From Hormiphora californensis (Eukaryota; Animalia; Ctenophora), in contig CM035356.1 in NCBI GenBank assembly GCA_020137815.1, forward strand, positions 2,666,001 through 2,730,000: a stretch of DNA of 64,000 nt, written 5' to 3'. The notes beneath the pieces are model-generated. The model did no database searches. It saw only the letters and a list, made by a program, of their open reading frames with translations, and was not told the origin of the DNA. A program made the translations under genes and the position numbers. Positions within the stretch are counted from its first letter, which is position 1. The number at the start of each line of letters is the position of its first letter. Shown here piece after piece: positions 16,176 through 29,209 of the stretch.

Positions 16176-19100
16176 TTAATACCAGGGTGATGGTGCGAGG
16201 AACTCTCCCCCGTACCCCGTGATCTGCCAGCAGGTGCAATTCCATTGGTTGCCTAGGTTGTTCGTTACCATGGTATCCATGTTAGTATCCGTGCTCTCAG
16301 CTGGCTTCACCGGGATCATCCAGGGAAACTTGGCGTGTAGAAACTTCTTGATCTCCCTCCGATAGTTTCTGTTACAGTATCCATACATGAAGGCATCAAA
16401 ATTGTAGCTTGACACCACCAACACAGCAGCTAACAGCTTCACAAGTGCCACCGTGGTACTCCGGTATTGGAACATTATTGTGTAGTAGGGCAGGTAGGTT
16501 AGGATAAAGAATCCTGAGACAATACACCCTATCTTTGTCATGCGGATCTCGTAGTTGACCTTGGAGGCCTTCCCTGAGCTGTAGATATTAGCTGATCGTT
16601 TCACCAGTTTTATCACGATGACGGTGTAACAGAGGGCCGTGGCTGACAAGCCTGGGATCACCTCACATACCAGCTGGAGGGTCAGGAAATTTCTACCTGA
16701 TGGGAGGATACACGGGGTAATATGGTTAAAGTAAGAGTGGCGCCGTGTATTCTCACAAAACTTAGTGGATGAACGGGGAGTACCACTAGGACCATTGGTA
16801 CGGTATCGAAAATTTCCAATTCTGTCTCGTTCATTAGTTATGACGTAATATGTTCACTATTTCAACTTTCATAAAATTGCTCTACAGAAAAATCTGTGCA
16901 TTGTGGATTGAAATGGATGCTCGCATCGTGTTCAGCGTCAAAAAATAGTCGGGGTACCAAATTTTGGTGTCTCTACCTTGTCTGTGACGCGAGATATCGA
17001 CAAATATCAAAAACGACCAAAATGGGTGAGAGAGAGAGATTGTTACTTTTGGGTGCTAGTTGTTTGTGCGCGCCACCCAAAAGTAACAAACTCTCTTTCT
17101 CTCACTTTGGTCGTTTTTTATATTTGTCAATATCTCGCGTCACAGACAAGGTAGAGACACCAAAATTTGGTACCCCGACTATTTTTTGACGCTGAACACG
17201 ATGCAAGCATCCATTTCAATCCACAACGCACAGATTTTTCTGTAGAGCAATTTTATGAAAGTTGAAATAATGAACATATTACGTCATAACTAATGAACGA
17301 GACAGAATTGGAAATTTTCGATACCATACCAATGGTCCTGGTGGTACTCCCCGTTCATCTACTAAGTTTTGTGAGAAAACACGGCGAACCACTCTTACTT
17401 TAAGTATAACAGAGGTCAAGATGCTAGGGTTGCTGTGAGAATGAGATGTAGTAATACAATGATAGGTCTGCTAGGATGATTGTCGGATGTATCATGTATG
17501 GCCTGTCAGATGCTGCCATTTCCTGGACAATGGCATTAGTTTTGAAAAATAATACTTTTTCGCACCTCTACCATTCCTAAATGACATCATTTGAGATATA
17601 GAGGGGATGAATGGTGTCCCTTCCTTTCCACCAGGTGTCAAGCTACAGAAGGCTTTCGAAGGGTCCTATCATGACACACACACGTGGGTAGTCCTCTAAA
17701 TGGAGATCTGATCCATATATCACTCTAGTTCTAATCGACTCTAGTTCTAATCGATGAGTCATTCAGTCTGAGTGTTTCGGACCGCCCAACTCCAAACTAG
17801 GTAGCCCTTTTCCCTTGACGAGAGTCTGTCCTAACAGACAATAATTGAGCTGGTGCTTCTAGAAAGATTGCGAAATCGCAGTGTGTCACAATGGGAGGGG
17901 GGCGGACAATGATGAGACAATGACAAGTGACGATTGAGTGTTGTGAGAACACCAGGTGTAGGCTATATGTGACAGACAACTCGTTATCCTAACATGGCAT
18001 TTTTCATTTTTTTCATCCTTCGAGAATCAGAAATAATATGCCATTCCAATATACAACAGGGATATATCAGCCATCTCAAAATCTTCCTTAGCAGTGTTTT
18101 TGTTAGGGACTCTCCTAGCAAAAGTTACCTGTTAGCAGACAGGTCATAACAGCCCCATCAAATGTGGGCTGTGAAAAGTCGTCAGCAAATGCCAGTGTGG
18201 CTATCAGGAAGGCGTAGATCCAAAAAGCACTGCATATGATCTTAGCGTTCCTTGGACAAAGCCAATATCGGTATCTGAAAGTGTGGGGATATGTATTATG
18301 TCTTCAGTGAGATTCATAGGGATATCATAGAGATATATTAGTTTACAGTGCATTGAGATTTATAGGGTCGTCGAGTTTACGTATCCAATGTCAAGAGGCC
18401 CTTTAAAATGGCCATGACTATCAGGAGGGTATTTTTAGATTGTTTTTATAGTTATTGAAATGATAATTTGTGGTGCCGCATGCCAGGCCCCGCCAGGGGG
18501 GACCGGGGTAATTTCACTGCTCACAACACAATCCCTGCCACCGGTTTTTTATTCTCTCTCCCCCTAGATAATCGGTTCTATTTATCACAGGTGCTGCAGC
18601 TCTAATCTCTATATTAGGGAATGATTCTCTCGGATATTCTGTACCTTTCTAAAATGCTACTAACAGGTGTGCTTAGGATTTTCAATGCTTTAACAGAGGT
18701 ACTACAGCAAAAAGGAGACAAAACCTTAATGAGTCTCACAGGCCCGTCTCACAATGGGTCGCGTACAATGTAGAGTCTAGACTGTGACAACAGGAAAACC
18801 AGCCTTCAGTTTCAGGGAGATATACTGGTTATATGTAGAATTATTATCCATATAATTTTAGATGCATATTGCTCCCTTATCATTGAAATTTAAAAGTAAA
18901 AAGCAAATGGCATGCTTTCTCTCATCCACCCAGAATTTTGGGCTCTATTTAGCGCAAATCAATGCAGTAGCCGAGTTGTCGGAGAAATAATACCTACTTA
19001 GTAGGTCGGAGTATAGCCACGGTCCGGTCGATGCTGATAAGAATAAGGTTCATTATTCCCATCCCGGGAAAGAAGGTGTTGAGAAAGGCCAGAATCTTAC

Positions 19101-19934
19101 AGTGCAGATAGGTACTCGGCCAGCGTCCTGGAAATAAAGTGAATTTCAGAAAAGTCTGTTAGTTTTAAATCCTCTTTGGAACACTCAGTCAATCATTGAC
19201 TGTCAATGCTCTGACGATCACATACATATATATTATATCGCCCCTCCCACCTGATCCCTGCTAATCTGAGGGTTTACATGGTCATTTGCGGAGCACCTAT
19301 TTAATCGATAATCTGTACCCCGAGTCACGACTAGATCTCACCAGCTGCTGCTGGGGCTGCAAATTAGCCCTACTTGGCATTGTAAATTCGTTAAAACAAC
19401 TGAAGCAGCTGTCTTCCAAATCATGGATTTTAGTTTTGGACTAAAGCTACTTTACGAAAAGAGGCCAGTCCAAAGGCAAACACTTCGATGCTTCTGATCG
19501 TTCTTCTGTGGATGAAACCCACCAGCGATTTCGTGAAAAAAAGTGAACACTTACCACAGAGGGCGACAGTAATAAAATGTGGTCCAAGGACAGCGGTGAC
19601 TGCAAACTCAGTGATCGACAGGGATAGGATAAACGTGTTGCTGGGCTTCCCCATCATTCTCTGGAAATACACAACGTTTCAATTTTCAGCATGAGTTCTA
19701 TAAAAATGCGTCTCAATCTACGGGGCTGTTCCTATTTTCTGAGGGAGAGAAGATGATTTACGAACCTGTTTCCAGATAGCGATCATGATCATTATGAATG
19801 AAGCGAGGATACCAGTTGAGATACCAGCGTTCATGAACCACCATAAGTATCCTAAAATCCCTCCCGTGTGGTACTGTCTCCCTCCAGCTCTCCTCTAGAG
19901 GTAGAGTGATCCCCGGCGTACTAGCATTGAACAT
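16176..19934 (-). CDS. Class A (rhodopsin-like) GPCR, 5 or more exons; N-terminal exon uncertain
   Basis: TM1 GYLWWFMNAGISTGILASFIMIMIAIW, TM2 PSNTFILSLSITEF, ECL1 GRWP..C, TM3 LISIDRTVAILRP, TM4 W, TM6 FILTYLPY, TM7 SSYNFDAFMYGYCNRNYR; exons ~19765-19885, 19555-19661, 18999-19128, 18129-18274, 16176-16697. Confidence 0.85.
16730..17399. mobile_element. Kolobok-type palindromic non-autonomous element in a GPCR intron
   Basis: TTAA at 16726-16729 and 17400-17403; AG...CT termini; ~320 bp inverted arms meeting near 17065. Confidence 0.8.
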
Positions 19935-21128
19935 TCTGCAAACAACAGATTAAACACAGTGTCGCAACTGTCTAGAACACAATGGTAGTGACCAGGCTTA
20001 CTAATTAAACAACTGTGGGTCTTGAGAAACAATGGTTTGAGAAGTGTTAATGGAGGGTAACGAGCAGCTAAAGACATTTGATCTCTTTAAAAATGTTTCT
20101 TGAATAATCAGGTATTCGGATTAAGGATTAACTATAGCGCAGCTGGCTGCTGGGTATCAGCACGAATTGTTTGCGAGAGAGGGGGATGATAAAGCACTAT
20201 CAGACAATGCGAACAGAAACAGAAATCTCCCCACCCATGTATATATCACGGGTCATCGATGGAACGAAGCAGGTGTTCTCGAAGAGAGAGAGAGAGATCA
20301 TAGAGGGAAAGAAATAGAAAAAGAAGATGAGAGAGGGTTCGAGACTCTCACCTTGAGAGAGTAAGAGAGTGACGTAGAAATTGAGGTGAGAAAGAAAAAA
20401 CCAGGTTGCTACAAACGCTCAAGTTTCGGACTGAAACATTATTGCTATAATGGCCGTAAAATAACAAGTTGCCCAATCACAAGTATTTCAAATCACGGCT
20501 ATTAGTCCTCCGCTTCAATATAGATCTCGCAGCTCTGTCTGGTGATGTTGAGTAATACAAGGGGTGCAGCTCTGTCTGCAGTACATGGCCTGTTTTGGAC
20601 CTAATTATCACCTAGTACGTGCTGCTATGCCATGGTGTGTGTACAAATAGTAGCTCCAACCCGAAATAGCATTAAATGGCACTTGGCAGGTGCCCCAACT
20701 CGAGAGTTGACAAACTCAGAAACAGCAGAATTAGTAACTCAACTCCTATCTCTTTCCACAGAGTTGCAAATCAGCAACAGCTGTAAAGATGAGACAAAAC
20801 CAAAGAGAGAACAACACTATATTCTAGGCTGCAGAATATTTCAAACCCCTCTCTTTAGTCGCGTCGTTCAGAATTTTCCGACCTAGTTCGTCACGAGGTA
20901 AAGCTCACACACACGCTGCATGGTATAAACAGTAGTATCAGGGTACTGTAAATATAAGTTGACCACTATATATCACGTAGTACTTCCGCAAGAAGAAAAG
21001 GATGATGTCAGGGGGTGATACTAAACGTATGAGTGGTTGGAATGGTACTATGAGGGGTAAAGGAGTCTAAAGGGAATAAGAGACCAGGTGCCAGGGAATG
21101 AAAGGGAGAAGAAGGGTGAACAGGGAGG

Positions 21129-21219
<91 letters not shown>

Positions 21220-21337
21220 TGGCAGTAAATGATGGAGCGGGCTATCACGCACCATCTGTACGACGAGGTAGAGGCCACAGCTACATAGAGGACGTCGTTT
21301 GACAGGTTGGCATTCTAACTGACCATAAAGCACGAGT

Positions 21338-21430
<93 letters not shown>

Positions 21431-21716
21431 CTTGTAGAAGCCGTAGCTGGTCAGATGTAGAATTGCCGATCAACACGATTGTTGTAACCAAAAAAGCAAT
21501 CATTACTTGTTTGACATTTTCACGAGACTGAGACATGTCACTCGCTATTTTGAAAGACGTGATTATGAAACACAATGAGCCATATTTCAATTACTTGAGA
21601 CAGTTGAATATTCAGATATCTAACATTTCACTAGAAACAAACATAGCGGTAATAATAATATGAAAAACGTAGAACATATGATTCAGGAGATCTTTGCCGA
21701 ATTCTACCTGGCGTAT

Positions 21717-21786
21717 GAAAAAAAAAAAAAAGGGGGGAAAAAAGGGGAAAAAAAAAAAAAAAGAAAAAAAAAAAAAAAAAAGGGGG

Positions 21787-21821
<35 letters not shown>

Positions 21822-22404
21822 TTAAAAAAAAAAAAAGGGGGGTGGGGGAAAAAAAAAAAAAAGGGGGGGAAAAAAAAGGGGGGAAAAAAAAAAAAAATTT
21901 TTGGGGGGGGAAAAAAGGGGGAAGGGGGGGGGAAAAAAAAAAAAGGGGGGGGGAAGGGGGGGGAAAAAGGGGGAAAGGGGGAAAAAAAAAGGGGGGAAAA
22001 AGGGAAAAAAAAAAAAAAGGGGGGGAAAAGGGGGAAAAAAACCAAAAAAAAAGGGGGGGGGGGAAAAAAAAATTTTTTGGGGGGGGGGTTTTAGAAAAAA
22101 TTTTTGGGGCATAAAAAAAAAAAAAATTTAAAACAAAAAAACCCCCCGGAAAAGGGTTTTTGGGGGGGGGGGGGGCCCCCCAAAAAAAAGGGGAAAAAAG
22201 GGGGGAAAAAAAAAAAAAAGGGGGGCCCCCCCAAAAAAAAAAAGAAAAAAAGGGGGGGAAAAAAAAAATTTTTTTTTAAAAAAAAATTTAAAAAAAAAAA
22301 AAATTTTTAATTCCCCCAAAAAAAAAAAATTTTTAAAAAACCAAACAAAAAATTTCCAAAAAAAGGGAAAAAAAAAAAAATTTTTTAAAAAAGACGGGAA
22401 AATT

Positions 22405-22442
<38 letters not shown>

Positions 22443-22830
22443 AGGGGGGGGGGGGGTTTTTTTTTTAAAAAAATTTTTCCCCTTTAAAAAAAAGGGGGAA
22501 GCCCCAGCCCCCAAAAAGGGGAAAAAAAAAAACCCAAAAAAAGGTTTGGAAAAAAAGGGGGGAAGAAAAAAAAAGGGGGAAAAAAAAAGGGGGGAAAAAA
22601 AGGAAAAAAAATTTAAATTTTAAAAAAAAAAAAATTTTTTTTGGGGGAAAAAGGGGGGAAAAAAAAAAAAAAAACCCAAAAAAAAAACCCAAAGGGGGGG
22701 AAAAAAAAAGGGGAAAAAAAAAAAAAAAACCTTAAAATTTCAAAAAAAATTTTTTTTTAAAAAAATTTTTCCCAAAAAAAAAAAAAAAAGGAAAATTTTT
22801 GGGGGGTTTTTTTCCCCGGGGGGTTTGAAG
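21717..22830. other. Probable sequencing/assembly artefact (homopolymer noise) between duplicated segments
   Basis: Almost only runs of A/G/T/C; flanking sequence 21480-21715 recurs at 22862-23103 and partly at 23457-23686. Confidence 0.85.
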
Positions 22831-23216
22831 GACTAGATTCTGTAACGAATTCATCACCGATTTTGTAACCAAAAAAGCAATCATTACTTGTTTGACATTT
22901 TCAGCTGACGGACGAGAGCCCATGTCACTCGCTATTTTGAAAGACGTGATTTATGAACACAATGAGCCCTATTTCAATTCCTTGAGAACGTTGAATATTT
23001 CAAGATATCTAACATTTCCTAGAACCAAACATAGCGGTAATAATAATATGAAAAACGTAGAACATATGATTCAGGAGATCTTTGCCGAATTCTACCTGGC
23101 GTCATAAGCTGTTTTTAGACTCGAGATCTTTAGCATAATAAGTGGGCTAGAATGCATACGAGATCTCTATTATATTCGGTTACGGATTCTATTCTAACTG
23201 ACCATAAAGTACGAGT

Positions 23217-23328
<112 letters not shown>

Positions 23329-24095
23329 ACGTGGAATATTGGGCTGATTTGAGAAGAAAAGATCTCAGCACAGAACATAGACGCAGGTAAGCAACCAGTA
23401 ATAACAAAACAAAAGAACGGTTGCAAGCTAAGGAACACAACCGACTGTACTTGATACAGTTGAATATTCAGATATCTAACATTTCACTAGAAACAAACAT
23501 AGTGGTAATATCGAATTAAATGTAGTTGACTAACTAAAAATATGAAAAAACGTCGAACATATATAATTCAGGAGCTCTTCGCCGAATTCTACCTGGCGTC
23601 ATAAGCTGCTTTTAGACTCGAGATCTTTAGCATAATAAGTGGGCTAGAATGCATACGAGATCTCTATTATATTCGGTTACGGATTTTGTGTTTCCCGTGG
23701 GATAACAGTATATTTCCCTTGAAGATGGTTTCCTGGGGCGATATAGAGTGTTGTAACTAGCAGGTGGCCCCTTAGAGCTGTATATAACAGACCCAGGAAA
23801 GTTTGAGAGAATTTGTCATTTTCCATGCATATATTTTGTAGAGCTAAGAACGGTATAACTGGAAAAAATGACTAAAAGAAACTTATCCACAAACTGAAAG
23901 TAACAAGTAGCTAACACCCTTTTGCCTCGGTATATTCGTCTCGTCGCACTATCCAACAAACTCTAAAACTAAAAGGTGTTTAGAACACTACAGAATTAAC
24001 AGATTAGGAGCAGTAGTGTCCTAGCAGATCATGATCGTGTGTCATTTGAGCAGTGCACAATTCCATGTGCTAGTAAACTGGATCGGTAGAGAGAT

Positions 24096-24128
<33 letters not shown>

Positions 24129-24538
24129 GAGAGATAGAGAGAGAGATAGAGCGGCCTACTACAAAGGGTGATGGTCGATGCCACGAAAGTGCGGGATCCC
24201 TAGTTTGTTTGCCATGGTACCAAGTGGAGCTAAATCAATGATTGAGTAAATCATCTGCTGTTTCCAGATAGATAAATCATCATATGCGCTGTCTCTAGAG
24301 ATACTTCATAATATAATGCTGTCTCTAGAGATAAATCATCATATGCGCTGTCTCTAGAGATAGTGATTCATGTGATGTTGTATTATGTATATGAATCATG
24401 AACATAGCTCAACTTTACTAAAATAATACGACAACATCTTTTATAAACCAACAGCTCAACAAAATAAAGATTTTGGACACAAAACTGCATTCAAGTATAA
24501 TATCACTGTCAACCCCGGCAGCTGCTTGTTTAGATTGT

Positions 24539-27500
24539 TCAACTCTCTGGGGCAGGTGCCTTCTTCTTCTTCCAAGATTTCTTGGGAGGAGGAGCGGTAT
24601 CGGCCGCGGCAGCTCCTCCAAAGGCACCCAAATTGAGTTTTCCAACCTTTGGCTTCTCCTTCACAATTTCTTTTGGCTCGTCCCCGTCGAACTGAAAAAT
24701 GGGAATTATATAATCGGTTAATTTGAGGTCAATGAAAATATATTCTTCGGTTTGGTTGAAAACTTACCCCTCCCCACTATATCTTGGCTCTAAAAAGGAA
24801 ACTTACCCCTCCCCACTTGAGTTTTCCAACATCCTGTAGATGGGGTCCCTCTTCCTTTCGTCCAAAGTCTGGGATCTTCAGCTTGCCAGCATCTCTGAAT
24901 TTCTTCTCCTCCTTGGGGAGCTCCCACTTGACTCGGCCACAACTCCAGTCCTTGCCATCGCTGGGAGGCTCTGTTCCCTTCTTTCCGGCATCATCGGCCT
25001 TCTTTCGGGCCTCTCGTGCCCTCTTAACTCGGTCATCATCATCAGTATCCCTGTTCTTCAGAGGCTCTGCAAAAACGTGTAGTTAGATCGATAATATTCG
25101 CCTGAGAAGCATGGAGACCAGGAACCGACCGAATCAGGAAATGCTGGTCCCTGATTGGTTGATAACCCGTCATGTGACCTAAATAACGAGTTCTGATTGG
25201 TTATTTACTTGTGTCGGTCGGTTCCTGGAGACTAGTTAGCTTGGTACTCACTTCCGTCTTTGTCGTTATGAAGGATGTATGGGGTGAAGCTGGACAGGTT
25301 GATGGACTCTCCAAATACACCGTGCTTGTAGAGAATGCTTATCTCAAAGTTAGGGTTAGCCGCGATCTCGCTGAGAGGGAGAATTGTTTTGTTAGAGAGA
25401 TAAAACTTTCTTTTTTTGGGTGACTTCTCCGTGAGATACAACTACAAGTTGTATTACAACACGGCCGCCTTGTCAACACGTATTTCAACGTGAAACAAAG
25501 TGATGTACATGGGAAGCCATGTATTAACGACTAACTGCTGGGAATAAAGCGGAACCTTTTCAGAGTTCAGACTGATTTCAACAGTTAGCGACAGACTTGT
25601 CCACAATGAAATAGGAAAACAAGACATCCCATGCTACTGAAAGTGAAACACTACAGAAAAACCTTCCACAAGTTCTTACTCGAGAATAGCGTGGATTTTC
25701 TCTTCGTTTTTGATGTAGAACTGAAGGTACAGGTTGATGTGTCCCATATCAAATCGATCAGTGTTGAAGATGGTAACTTTGTCTCCCTTTACTGCTCCCC
25801 TGATACAGTAGATCTCTCCAGAGGTCTGAAAAATATTTGTGAGTATCTCCGAGTACTTAGTTGTTAGTAGGCTTCCATATATCATGGGATACATATCAAT
25901 TCTCGTAAAGTTGAGTATCTCTCAACAGCTGCTAGCTGCATAACTTTCAGCATACCACGTATAAACGACATAATGCTATTAACACCGGGCATTCATTTAT
26001 ATGCTTCCTTCATATCATGGTCAAGGCAAGTCTTGCACATAGTGTACAAAACGTCCGGTGAGGGCTACTATGGCACTATGCTAGTGTCCCAAGTTAACTC
26101 ATTTAAACGGCACATTCACATCTACTGAGAGCCAATAGCATACGGGCCATATACAAGGTCAGTCTATAGAAGAAACAGACGGCCAAGGACTCAAAGCCAA
26201 TCATAAAAAGTGCTATACCGAAATCAAAAAAGTATGCAGAAAAATTTTAGATTATGCCCCCCTTCTAAGTTGTTGAGTAAGGGATGGGACACATCTTACC
26301 GGATGGTTAACAGCGATAACGAATTCCCGTCCAAGTTCAGTTGTTTCCTGGTGGGCGATGATATATGGCCCATCGGAACCATCTGGCTTAGCAAGTTCCT
26401 TGAAGTCCCAAAGCAGCCTGTAATAAGGGGTTGTGTTAGGGGTAATCTTCAATAAAGTTCTCCATGTTAAATAACCAGTAGTTCGTGAGAGGTTGTATGT
26501 GTTTACGGTTTGTTGGCAATGTTTTCCAGTGGCAAAAGTTAATTGTTTCACACCTATTTAGTACTTCTGACACACACGAAAGAAATTGTATTAATTACTG
26601 TCGGCTATAGTTAATTATAAACCAAGAACACAAGTAGGCAAAACACTTGATAACTCTCAGGAACCGACCGAATCAGGAAATACTGGTCCCTGATTGGCTA
26701 ATAACCAGTCACGTGACCTAAATAACGTGTTCTGATTGGTTGTTTACTTGTGTCGGTCGGTTCCTGATAACATTCAATTGAAGATTACCTGATATCCACG
26801 GGGTCAGTGTCAGTGTCCAGGAAGTGAACCTTGAAGCAGATCTCAGAAGATGCTGGCTCCTCGATGACAAGAGCTTGTGCAGCAGCGGCAGCGGCAGCAG
26901 CTTCCTGGAAATGAACAGGAGTTAGATTGAACAAAACATGCCATTCTGAGTTGATTTTCCGTGCTTTTCCTGGAAGGGTAGTGATGACAAGGTGCTACTT
27001 CTAACTATAACAGTGTGATTGATGTATAATAGCTGTACAATGCTGCATGGCACTGTGCTGACATTCGACAAAAAACATAAAGAGTACAAATACAATTCCA
27101 AAGGCAACACAAATGTATTTTAAATGCTCCCCCGGATCAAAGAACTAAATGCTGACATGTAAATCTTCCGGACAAAGTAATGATTACCGCAGCTTCCCGG
27201 GCCGCTCGTTCAGCTGCCTCCCTCTCAGCAGCCTCTCGTGCAGCAGCCTCAGCTGCAGCCTGGGCAGCGGCGGCATCTGCTGCAGCCTGTGCAGCGGCGG
27301 CGGCAGCAGCAGCATCAGCGGCGGCCTGAGCCTCAGCGGCTGCCAGTGCCTCAGCGGCAGCCCGAGCTGCTCTCTCAGCCTCCTCCCTGGCAGCAGCCTC
27401 AGCCGCCCCATTGTCAACGGTTGTTGTGATAGTTACACTTCCACTGGTGGCTAATTGAGCAATTTCCTGTAGTGGTGATTGAAGAGCATGTATTGCATTT

Positions 27501-28123
27501 CAATGAATCATAAAGAATGTCACATTATGTGAGATATGATCTCTTCTTACATCACATCTAGTGAGAGATATGATCTTCTAATTACCTGTTGGAAAACTGA
27601 CCAGCTGCCCTTGAACTCGATTGTCATCTGTCCGTCAATGAACTTCATCACAAAGGCAATGGGGTCGGGTGTCACCTTCATGTAAATCTCACTGGGGTTT
27701 CCCTCCGGGGTGGTCCTGACGAAGATATATATGTATCAGATAAAAGATCAGGCTGAGATCAGATAAAAGATCAGGCTGAGATCAGATAAAAGATCAGGCT
27801 GAGATCATGTGATACCAGGAAGAGTTCTGCGCAGAACAGAATACTTGAACCTCTAACAATGATTACTTACTGCTTAGGATCCTAACTAACAGAACATGGT
27901 AATTGAACTGAACAAGGCCCCCACCACTAGAAAGCCTGCATCCGTGATCCGACCCAATCACAAAGATCCCTTAAAACAGTATCTCTTACTTGTAATCCTC
28001 GATGGTGAGGTTGGTTCCAAGGCACTCCTCAACATTGCAGGCGCCACCCTCCAGACCCAGGGTCACTTGGGCAGGATTCGGGTCAAATGCCGTCAGAGTG
28101 AATCTGAGCTTTTGTGCAGCCAT
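24539..28123 (-). CDS. Orphan multi-exon protein with Ala/Glu/Arg-rich helical linker and C-terminal GKL[K/N] repeats
   Basis: About 9 in-phase GT-AG exons: MAAQKLRFTLTAFDPNP..., ..AAEAAAREEAERAARAAAE.., EICFKVHFLDTD.., ..AGKLKI..VGKLKW..VGKLNL..KKSWKKKKAPAPES*; no recognised family. Confidence 0.7.
25119..25227. mobile_element. ~109-bp MITE (CAGGAACCGACCGA TIR), copy 1
   Basis: Terminal inverted repeats; GAGAC on both flanks; near-identical copy at 26658-26766. Confidence 0.8.
26658..26766. mobile_element. ~109-bp MITE, copy 2
   Basis: Same TIRs; flanks ATAACTCT and ATAACATT suggest a degenerate 8-bp (hAT-like) TSD. Confidence 0.8.
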
Positions 28124-29209
28124 CACGATTACTGAGGGTAAATTCCGCCTAGAGAGATATTGTGAGAGATATGAGAGATGTGAGAGATGTGAGAGATATT
28201 GTGAGAGATATGAGTCAGAGTGTGAGTGTGTGCTGGTTAAACTGCAAAAGTAAAACGGAAAACTAAAATGTCATCACGTATAAAATACAGCTCTCCCTGC
28301 CGACTAAATACGTAGCACAGGCGGGCAATATATGAGGTGGCGGTGACAGCATTACTTGAACACTATATAGTCCAAGTTTTCTAGTCTGGCAATAGTAAAT
28401 GTATCAAACAATTGCTGAAATTAAAGGAAGCTTGATAGTAGGTATACTAGGTTGCGGGGAAAAGAAATACAAAAAACCGGAACGGAAAGACTGGGCAGGG
28501 GGGCAAGACACGTGTGTGCACGACACCTCACTCCTTGTGTGCGTGTCTGTAAAAAACACACCATGGTAAATGACATTATATTGCAAGTGCAACAGCAGCA
28601 GCTCAGGTGTGTGTGTGGTTTATATAGTGACAGTTGACACAACATGGTTCGACAAGAAATGAATTGAGTCGACCGAGGTCGGGCAATTTATGGTGGTCAG
28701 CACTGCAACAGCATGGTGATGCAAAATCGGAACCGGAATAACGTTTGGTGGCAGTTTGTTTATTTATAAACACGTGCAGAGTTATGACTGTTTGTAGACA
28801 GCTGTAGGGAATACCAAGGAGTCTAACCCAATAACTGAATTAAGCTCCTAGCAGTATTCAGCTACTGCCCTGTTTCCTACGCACTAAAATTAGTTCCAAA
28901 TACAGAAACCAGGGAAAAATAACAGTCACCACTAACAGAACAGAGAACATCGCGTCAACAAAGACCTGGAGTGAATTGTAATACTATGTTTCAAGTCACT
29001 TTCGAGCTCCTTTCGCTAGCCTTTCTACAACTAAAACATGGTAGTTTAACCCACCGTCGAACAAAACTGTAGCGAACATAGCAAGACAAAACTACTGTAA
29101 CGAACACATATTAATATTACGATAGTCGAGGCATATGGCAAAGCGAAAAGTACTAACGTGTGTCAGGTGGGAGAAATGTCAGCGTTTGTAAAACTGAAAC
29201 TTACAAATA

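Noticed and set aside
16176-16700. Call as an opsin
   Set aside because: No Lys at the K296-equivalent position in TM7
21660-22923. Lys/Gly- and Phe/Pro-rich ORFs; possible G-quadruplex array
   Set aside because: Translations of homopolymer noise flanked by duplicated sequence; most likely a failed read in the assembly
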